From assembly GCA_951406725.2 (NCBI GenBank), contig OX597822.1, positions 112,468,001-112,532,000 of the forward strand: a stretch of DNA of 64,000 nt, in the 5' to 3' direction. The notes below the pieces were generated by a model. It worked only from the letters and a program-made list of their open reading frames with translations. It made no database searches and was not told the DNA's origin. Position 1 is the first letter of the stretch. Each line of letters starts with the position of its first letter. Both the position numbers and the translations under genes were made by a program. This document shows positions 54,954 to 64,000 of this stretch, piece after piece. Source of the stretch: Octopus vulgaris. Taxonomy: Eukaryota.

Positions 54954-56974
54954 TTGTAGCGTGATATTCTAACGATAGCTATAATGCTACAATGATAAAT
55001 TCCCAGCGATCTGGGGTTGAAAAATTGAGCGAGCTTTTAAATTTTAACCGCTTCCCATTTTCAATCGCGATTCAGTGCCAAAAGGACAAGCTGGCATTCA
55101 TTTAACACACCGTGAAGACAAAACCTCGGGGATAATCAACCAAAGTCTAAATTTTATATTTTCATATTTTCAGTTGTGAGTTTTTGAGATTCGCTGATTT
55201 TTATATCTGTGATCTATTTCGTCGGATGTTTATCATTTGAAATATAGCATCAATATCTTAAATGTGCTATATGGCTCTTTAAATTTGATCTAACATAACA
55301 TGCAATCTCTTGTTCTTTTGTGTCAGTTTCTAATTAATCTCTTTCCTACACAGGGACTGAACCACAGACCTGAAGCTGTCTCGTTGCACTTACACACACA
55401 TACACACACATACACACACATACACACACACACACACACAAACTTTATACTCACATATATTACAAATAAACTTCTTAGTTTAAAGAAAAAGCCGATTGCA
55501 CAAAACATTATATTGTTTTCCAAAACATTTCAAGTCGTTCTATTGTAAAAGTGTTCAAATAATGACTGGTTCGGGGTTAGCTCATCGAAAGAAGAACGAG
55601 GCACCAGATAACCGATAATCTATATTAATCTCTATAAATACAGCGACTATGAAAAGTGTTTACTTGTCAGTTTGAATAGAATTTGTTGTCAATCAATATT
55701 TGTATTTTATTAAATTATAATTGATTCCGAGATTATTCTAGCCAGCGAGACATTTATGAGATATATAAATATAGATCATTCAATATTTAAACATTATTTT
55801 ACGCATTGTTAAACGTCTCCGTTGCTAGTTTGAGCAGCCATCTTTTTAAATTGCTTCATTGTTGGCGGAAGAAAGGACGGCAATATCTATAGACCGTGAT
55901 ATTACTGAAGCTTAGAGACTGAAGAAAATACACGGGTAGAGAAGCATTTAGAAATAAATACTTATCAAAGAAGGGCGGTGTAAATGTTTTAGCAAGGGTA
56001 ATTAGTGCCGAGACGATAAGTGTAATGAAAGGACCCTTTTTTTAGTGTTTAGAACAGGTCTTCATGGAGGTGGTTTAAAATTTGTAATTAAAGAAAAACC
56101 GGTTGGTGTTGTAATTGTGGAGAAGGACCTTAAGGAAGTGATAGGAGGCTGAGAGTAGATCAGCTGAATGTGCAAATACAGAGAATGCAATATTCAAGAT
56201 CTGCAAACAGTTTTCCTTTGTGAGGATATAGTTGTAAGTTTTAGAAAATGAGAAAAACATTCAGGATTGAGTTAATTTTTGTATTAGAAAGTAGTGCAAG
56301 ATTTACTGTGAAGTGAAATTGAACCAAATGTTTCAGGCTGTAGCCAACAACGAAGACATTGTTTGAAGTGTGTGTGTATATAGTGCTGAGAAGTAAGCTG
56401 GTGTGTGAAGGGGAAATGGGCAGAATAATGAAGCGGGTATGAAGAGAAAGAAAATGGGAATGGATAGTACAGTAAAGATATGGTTATGTACACACACACA
56501 CACAAACACACACACATACACACACGCGCACACACACATACATACGCACAAATTTCAGGTTTTTTCAACCTTCCACCTTTTATATCTATTTCCTCGCATT
56601 TTCTCGTTTTTTCTCTCATCCTATCGTCATTGTAATGCCACGTGGGCACTGGCTGAAGATTGCTCATTGCTATGCCATGTGGGCATAACAATGACTGAAG
56701 ATTGCAATAAGGCTCCAAACGTGTTAAAATATATTGTCTGTGATGCTTTCATCGCATGAAACTAATAATAGTAGTACATAAAAACATACATTGTGTTTAT
56801 TAAATAATATTATCTCTCACCAGTACTTTTTTTGTTGATCTTACCATCTCGGAATAGTACACAATATATAAACATACATATATGTGTCCTTAAGCATGTG
56901 TATATGTGGTGCACACACACAAACACGAACGTAAGTATATATGTATGTTTGTTTATGTATGTTGTTTGTTGCTT

Positions 56975-57233
56975 CTCGAGCCATGACTGGCTTATAAGGG
57001 CCGGTTTCATATAGGTTCCTCACCTGGACGGGACGCCGGTCCGTCACAGGTTAGCTGCCAGATGCAGGAAGAAGGAGTGAGAGAAAGTTGTGGCGAAAGA
57101 GTCAGCAGAAGTTCGCCATTACCTTCTGCCGGAGTCGCGTGGAGTTCAGGCGTTTCGCCCGGTCTGAGATTCGAACGCGCGATCCCCCGACTGCGAGTCC
57201 GCTGCTCTAACCACTAGGCCATGTACCTCCACA
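56975..57233 (-). mobile_element. tRNA-derived SINE family C
   Basis: Minus strand gtggaggtacatggcctagtggttagagcagcggactcgcagtc...gttcgaatct (A and B boxes); related to 59610-59910. Confidence 0.8.
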
Positions 57234-57379
57234 TGTTTATGTACACGCACAAACAATTAAAAAAAGATCAGGACGAGAACAGGAGAATGCTTGAAGTATT
57301 ATAGGGAACATGGCAATAGGAAAACAAGAATGTAAGAAAGAAAACTAAAATAAAATAAAATAAAAAATAAAAATAACAA

Positions 57380-57760
57380 CTCTTCAGCAGCTTCCGCTTG
57401 GGTGTTGCTGTCTGCTGGGATTGGCAGATCAATGAGCAAACATGCAATAGGAATTTAATTTCTCACCTGGACACCTGATCTATTGACCTGAATAACTCGA
57501 ACAGTTTGAATATTAAAGTCTCAAGGAATGCTGATGTCTTTATTTCCCTACTTGAGCAGGTTTATTGTCCATCAATTCTTCTCTGATGGAAGTTCAAACT
57601 GACGACAAATGATCCAGAGCAAATACTGACCAAGCTTGTCATGGCGATGAATATGCGCAATTAGGGCAGCCAGAGATGAGGTGGTCAATTGTTTCTCTGG
57701 TTCTACCGTAAAACCTGCAGCAAAGATCAGTGCCATTCTAAAGAGTGTTGGCTCGTTGAT
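57380..57760 (-). mobile_element. Dong/R4-type RLE-domain remnant
   Basis: HRHDKLGQYLLWIICRQF, then DFNIQTVRVIQVNR...CLLIDLPIPAD. Confidence 0.75.
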
Positions 57761-58054
57761 TTGAATCACCGGTCGTGTTTCTATATCAGAAACAATTTGG
57801 GAAAATTCCATCGAGCTCGATTTTGCCTGTCATCGTTTCGGGGTCGATGAAATAAAATACCAGTCAAATACTGGGGTCGAGTAATCGATTAGTGTCCTCC
57901 CACCAAATTTCAAACCTTGTGCCTATAGTAAAAAACATCATCATCTCTTTTTTTATCATTTCATTGTATGTAAACTCCAACACTTTATGTCTGTCTTTGT
58001 ATTGTACCCATCATCTTTCACCTTTGTAGCAAATAAATGAAATCATCCTCCTCA

Positions 58055-58078
58055 TCATCATTATTAACATTATTATTA

Positions 58079-58145
<67 letters not shown>

Positions 58146-58160
58146 CATCATTATTATTAA
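58055..58160. repeat. (ATT)n microsatellite
   Basis: Seen directly. Confidence 0.95.
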
Positions 58161-58173
58161 GGCGGCGAGCCAG

Positions 58174-58332
58174 GAGGGTCTCCAAAGTGGTCGATATCGG
58201 CCCCCTGAGAGTGGACGGGACTATTCAAGGGGTCGATAAATGCACATCTACTTTATTATTATTATTCATTTATTTTCTTGTACATGAGGGGGAGGGGTCA
58301 GGATTCCAGAAAGGGGTCGATGGGGATCCCTG
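58174..58332. mobile_element. Possible hAT-type MITE remnant
   Basis: agggtctccaaagtggtcgatatcggcccc ... ggggtcgatggggatccctg; weak inverted termini. Confidence 0.35.
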
Positions 58333-58679
58333 ATATATACCCATTGCCTATTTTTCCATCTTCGATCACTAGTTACATTGACATATTCGGGTACGAAACG
58401 TAGCATATCAGTGATGGCTATAATTTCCATAGAAATTCTGTAGAGATAATCTTAAAGTGATATTATCATTAGATTAACAGAATTCACAGAACGTCTAACA
58501 AAACGCATTGCATAATTTTTCCGGCCCTGAATTCAAATTCTACTAAAATCACCTTACCTTTCCATCCTTTCGGGGTTGATAAACTAAAGCCTCAATCAAG
58601 GATTGGGGGCCGATGTAATTGACTTAACCGCTTTCACTCAAAATTGTTAACCTTGTGCCTAAATCAGTTACAATTCTGA

Positions 58680-58719
58680 TGTTGCTGTTGTTGCTGCTGG
58701 TGCCGCTGCTGCTGCTGCT

Positions 58720-58758
<39 letters not shown>

Positions 58759-58913
58759 ACAGTAGCATTATCAGTAACAGCAGTAGTAGCGCTTGTAATA
58801 TTCGTAAAATCAAATAACCGATGCTGTAGTAGTAGTAGTAGTAGTAGTAGTAACAGCAGAAGCAGCAGCAGCAGTGGTAGTAGTAGTAGCAGCAGCAGTA
58901 GCAGCAGTAGTTT

Positions 58914-58952
<39 letters not shown>

Positions 58953-59025
58953 CAGCAGCAGTAGCAGCAGTAGTAGTAGTAGTAGCAGCAGCAGCAGTAG
59001 TAGTAGTAGTATTAGCAGCAGCAGC

Positions 59026-59071
<46 letters not shown>
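58680..59071. repeat. (TAG)n/(CAG)n compound microsatellite
   Basis: Seen directly. Confidence 0.93.
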
Positions 59072-59574
59072 AAGAATTAGTTGCTATTTCGCAACATCAA
59101 TTATATAACTGCCCCGCAACTGACGTCATCACCAGTTCCACTGTACGCTTTTGACTGCTCTCTTGTAAAAAAAAAAAAAACGATGGTAACTCCAAAATAT
59201 GACCATCACCACCGATAATCAGACAAGTAATGCCGATAATTATCATCAATAAGTGTTCATGTCAAAAGAATTTCTTCTGCTTAAGCTGCTCGACCTGCTA
59301 GAAATAGCAGCCAAACTCACCCCCCCACCCCCACCATAATGTCTTAAAGAGGATACTTTGGATAATGGTAGGCACAAAATACTCCTAAAAACAGGATAGT
59401 TATGGATGGGATGTCTGAGATCAACAACAACAACAACAACAACAACAGCAACTGCACCAACGATATTAAAAACAACAATATTAACAAACACAAAACAACA
59501 TTATTAACAATACCGACAGCAGAAACAAGAACAGCAACAACGACAACAACAACAACTACAGTAACAGTAAATAT

Positions 59575-59609
<35 letters not shown>

Positions 59610-59910
59610 TGCGCCATTTTTAAATCCTAGCCAAGATCATGGGCCCGGTTTCCCGGTTTCTGTGGCATATGTGTTCCCCCCAGCTGGAAGAGACGCCAGT
59701 CCATCGCAGCGTTACTCAAGAAACAGGAAGAAAGAGTGAGAGAAAGTTGGGGCGAAAGAGTACAACAGGGGTCGCCTCCCCCATCCCTCTGCCAGAGCTT
59801 TTAGGTGTTTTCGCTCAAAAAACACACACAACGCCCGGTATGGGAATCGAAACCGCGATCCTCCGACCGCGAGTCCGCTGCCCTAACCACTGGGCCATTG
59901 CGCCTCCACA
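59610..59910 (-). mobile_element. tRNA-derived SINE family C with (AAAT)n tail
   Basis: Minus strand gtggaggcgcaatggcccagtggttagggcagcggactcgcggtc...gtttcgattccc; tail (TTTA)n at 59571-59610. Confidence 0.85.
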
Positions 59911-60489
59911 ACAGTAAATATAGCAACAACAACCCCCCCCCAGTTAAAACAACAACAACAACAACAATAAAGATACTAACAACAACAACAAAAATAGTAA
60001 CAACAGCTGAAATAGTAACGATAGTTAGAAAAATAGTCACAGCATATAATTAGTCACGCATAAGGAGGGAATGCGTCTACATGGGTTGTTCGACTTGTAA
60101 ACAATAGGTAAATCTCAATCAAATTATACTTCGCTCCTCGAAATAAAGGATTACATAGAAATAAGATTATATAGTCATATATATTTACAGTATGTCAAAG
60201 AAAAGCCAGTATGGTCACGGTTGGAAGGTATTTGATTATAAGCAGACATGTTGAGATTTAACTTGTGTATAAACAACAATAACAATGAGCCCTAGCGGCG
60301 ACTACTAGCTATAATAATATCCGCACTAACACCATTGCCACCATAGCAACATTAGTTCCAGAGTAACAACCCCATCATAGCAACGTCACCACCAAGCAAC
60401 ATCACCACCATAGCAACATCAGCACCATAGTGACATTACCATCATAGCAACATTGCTACTATAACAATATTATTCATCATAGTTTTTAA

Positions 60490-60695
60490 GTTGGCGAGCT
60501 GACAGAGCCATTATCACGCCCGGCAAAATTCTTAGAGACATTTCGTCTGTCTTTATGCTTTGAGCTCAAATTCCGCCGAGGTCAACTTGACCTTTCACCT
60601 TTTTGGGGTTGATGAAATAAGCACCCGTTCGCTACCGGGGTCAATGTTGCCCCGCCCTTAAATTGTTGCCCTTGTGCCAAAATTAGAAACCAATA
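60490..60695 (+). mobile_element. SINE family B variant
   Basis: ggcgagctgacag...aaattccgccgaggtcaac...cctttcacc. Confidence 0.75.
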
Positions 60696-60732
60696 TTATC
60701 ACCCACAGCAACATCACCACCATAGTAACATG

Positions 60733-60946
60733 GATTTCAAAATTTGGCACAAGACTAACAGTTTGGGGGGCGGGGGATGGGCTAAGTGAATTAAATCGAT
60801 ACCAGAACTCAACTGGTACTTATTTTATCGATCCGAATGGGTGAAAGGCAAAGTCGATCTCGGCGGAATTTGAACTGAGAACGTAAAGACGGACGAAATG
60901 CTGCTAAGCATTTTGACCGGCGTTCTAATTCTGCGGGTCGCCACCC
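60733..60946 (-). mobile_element. SINE family B variant
   Basis: caactggtacttattttatcga...aaaggcaaagtcga..ctcggcggaatttgaac. Confidence 0.8.
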
Positions 60947-61052
60947 TATCACCATAGCAGCATCACCATCATAGCAACATTACGATCATAACAACATCAT
61001 TATCATAGCAAGGTTGCCACAGTAGCAACATTACCACCCTAGCTACATTACC

Positions 61053-61468
61053 TATTTCTTTATTACCCACGAGGTGCTAAACATAAAGGGGACAAACAAG
61101 GACAGACATAGGTATTAAGTCGATTACATCGACCCCAGTGCGTAACTGGTACTTAATTTATCGACCCCGAAAGGATGAAAGGCAAAGTCGACCTAGGCCG
61201 AATTTGAACTCAGAACGTAACGACAGATGAAATACCTATTTCTTTATTACCCACAAGGGGCTAAAGACAGAGGGGACAAACAAGGACAGACATAGGTATT
61301 AAGTCGATTACATCGACCCCAGTGCGTAACTGGTACTTAATTTATCGACCCCGAAAGGATGAAAGGCAAAGTCGACCTAGGTGGAATTTGAACTCAGAAC
61401 GTAACGACAGACGATATACGGCTACGCATTTCGCCCGGCGTGCTAACGTTTCTGCCAGCTCGTCGCCT
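61053..61468 (-). mobile_element. SINE family B partial tandem dimer
   Basis: Two head-to-tail units (about 61053-61236 and 61237-61468), flanked by cattacc. Confidence 0.9.
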
Positions 61469-61738
61469 CATTACCGCAATGCCATTACCAAGGCTGTATT
61501 TAACGATCAGGTCCATCTCAATGCTATGACGCAACACAACAGCACCGGTCAAATGACAACATGTTTACATTTAATGAGATTGTTACCATCATTCGCCGGT
61601 TTATAATCAGACTTATCTTTATCGTTAGCAACAACATGACTTCCAATATCCCCGTTAGCATCGATATCATCATTACCACCAACAATATGACCATTGCCAC
61701 TCCACAATCAGCAACGATATCATATTAGCGCTATATAG

Positions 61739-61963
61739 GGCGGTGAGCTGGCAGAAACGTTAGCATACTGGGCGAAATGCTTACCGGTATTTCGTCTGCC
61801 GTTACGTTCTGGGTTCAAATTCTGCCGAGGTCGACTTTGCCTTTCATCCTTTCGGGATCGATAAATTAAGTACCAGTTACACACTGGGGTCGATATAATC
61901 GACTTAACCCGTTTGTCCTTGTTTGTCCCCTCTATGTTTAGCCCCATGTGGGTAATAAAGAAA
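61739..61963 (+). mobile_element. SINE family B
   Basis: Full-length match. Confidence 0.9.
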
Positions 61964-63059
61964 CATATCATATTAGCACCAATGATACCATCATTAGCAC
62001 CAATGCCATCAATAAAACGCAACTAACAAATGAGCCTCTACGTTGGTTGTCACTCGACCTGGTCAGAATATGCGATCGAATCCATTCGAATCCCCTTCAA
62101 ATTGTATCCTATCGTCTTACATAAGGCAAGGGCAAGTAATGTTACATACCTTTAAAAAATGGTCATTGTTGGAATATGCTTGCTCATAAATCTGACCAGT
62201 TTGAGAACTGACCTGGGCTAACACTACCACCATCAACAAGAATAACAACAACGAAAACCATCAATATATTATCACGACAAACGATGTTTTTACCATCAGT
62301 GAAACCAGTCACAAGATTAGAACCAGCATCCTTGCTCTCGACAATATGTATTCTAATGACTCAACAGCCACAATGTCATAAATTCTAACCATTGTCTCCA
62401 TATCAGGAATCTATTACCATAGCAATATACCATGGAATACTAAGCCTGAATCAGAGCAAAATAATTTATAATCAAGGCAACTCAATGAGTCATTTAAGCG
62501 TAAAGCAAAAATATATATATAAAAAAAAGTAAGTATGTTAGTATTTTGTTAAAGGAAGGAATATCTCACGCCTCGGTACACTAATATATCTCCATTTTGG
62601 TATTTACTAAATTGATTTGTCGATCGGAGCTCTGTTAGTTTTTGTTCTTGAATTTATCAGATGAAGCGCGCAGTTCAAAACATTAGATATCTCTTCTCCA
62701 ACTTACGTCATTCTGCTTTTAACCAAAGCGATTCTGAAGCTAGCTGTGACCAATCGATCTAGACTGCACATTGTATTTTTTTGCAGTTTTGTCTGCTGCA
62801 AATCAACCAGCACCGACACACCCATATTCTACTGTACCCCCTCCTATATCCAGTCTACTCTCTCTATCTTTCCTTATCATACCATTCTTTCTTTTTCTCT
62901 CCTCCTCTCTCCTTCCTTTCCTTGTTCTTGCACCCTCTGAGCTTTCAACCAAGCTTGAGTAATCTACGCTGCTTGTATTGTAAAAACGACGGCTACAAGA
63001 GACACTTCGATCGTTTGAATGCCAGATCCTATCGCTTTCTGTTTATCGAAAGTAGAAAC

Positions 63060-63100
<41 letters not shown>

Positions 63101-63535
63101 AAAAATAGAAAAACAAATGAATAGGCCCAAACAGTAACGAAAAGCAATATAAACAGGAAGAAAATGTGAGAGCAGCATGCTAGAGAATAACCAGGAAGCT
63201 GTACATGTTTCCATTATTATCCAACGTGGTAGAACGTGACATGGTGCTCACGCGATGGCCACGTCTCCGCCACGGAACAACTTTTGGCAAATTTTCTTTT
63301 CATCTTCTGTGCTTCTAGGTTACTAAGATGTTCATTTATTGATCTATTGATCACACCATTCGATAGTTTAAATACCAAAACCCTCAACATTCCGAATACG
63401 ACTTATGAATGGTGAATAATACTTGTCAGCACATATCGCATTACCAGTAATATGTAATGAAGGGACAAATTGCCCGAATTGCGGAGAGGGAGCGCTAAGC
63501 AGTGGACTGGCAGTAACATTGCAAATTGCCCTAAT

Positions 63536-63586
<51 letters not shown>

Positions 63587-63855
63587 ACAGCAGCAGTGTT
63601 ATTATTATTATAATTATTATTAGTTGTAGTAGTAGCAGCAGTAGTAAGATTAATTTCTGTAGTAGTAGTAGTAGTAGTAGTGGTAGCAGCAGCAGCAGTA
63701 GCAGCAGCAGTAGTAGTAGTAGTAGTAGTAGTAGTAACAGCAGCAGTGTTATTATTATTATAATTATTATTAGTTGTAGTAGTAGCAGCAGTAGTAAGAT
63801 TAATTTCTGTAGTAGTAGTAGTAGTAGTAGTGGTAGCAGTAGTAGTAGTAGCAGC

Positions 63856-63902
<47 letters not shown>

Positions 63903-63940
63903 CAGCAGCAGTAGTAGTGGTCGTGGTAACAGTAGTAGTG
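63536..63940. repeat. Compound (TAG)/(CAG)/(TAT) microsatellite with 150-bp higher-order duplication
   Basis: The block at 63581 recurs at 63731. Confidence 0.9.
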
Positions 63941-64000
63941 TAGTGTGTATTAGTTAAAGACTTGTACAAATGTGGAGATGTATTACACTAAATTCGTTAC

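Larger units (their letters stand above)
60330..61050. repeat. Degenerate ~18-bp minisatellite (accatagcaacatcacc-like), interrupted by SINEs
   Basis: Recurrent catagcaacat/caccaccat units. Confidence 0.7.

Noticed and set aside
59835-59910. tRNA-like sequence on the minus strand
   Set aside because: SINE head: continues into a SINE body and tail, and the acceptor stem is not intact.
60330-61050. CRISPR-like regularly spaced repeats
   Set aside because: Degenerate tandem minisatellite with no unique spacers, in a eukaryotic context without cas genes.
63403-63969. 188-aa Thr-rich mucin-like ORF
   Set aside because: Derived from (TAG)n/(CAG)n repeats; no signal peptide or splice context.

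Overview
AT-rich eukaryotic DNA, extremely dense in microsatellites and transposon debris. The SINE/LINE families look, from memory, like those of a coleoid cephalopod (Octopus); this is an inference. I cannot support any intact host gene, and most ORFs in the track are microsatellite or SINE artefacts. Identifiable content: three tRNA-derived SINE families (more than 25 copies, several with clear target-site duplications), decayed non-LTR retrotransposons (Dong/R4-type with restriction-like endonuclease, CR1, RTE-BovB, RTE-X-like), Penelope-like remnants, three non-autonomous Helitrons, several MITEs and a ~1.1 kb GAA/TTC tract. The most interesting signal is a set of minimal type I hammerhead ribozyme motifs embedded in (TA)n tracts. 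These include a 593-bp tandem unit bounded by two identical, intact hammerheads (20534-20633 and 21127-21226), which is retrozyme/pLTR-like and predicted to release a 593-nt RNA. A separate family carries a G3-C8-swapped core (37064-37114, minus strand). Boundaries of decayed elements are approximate.
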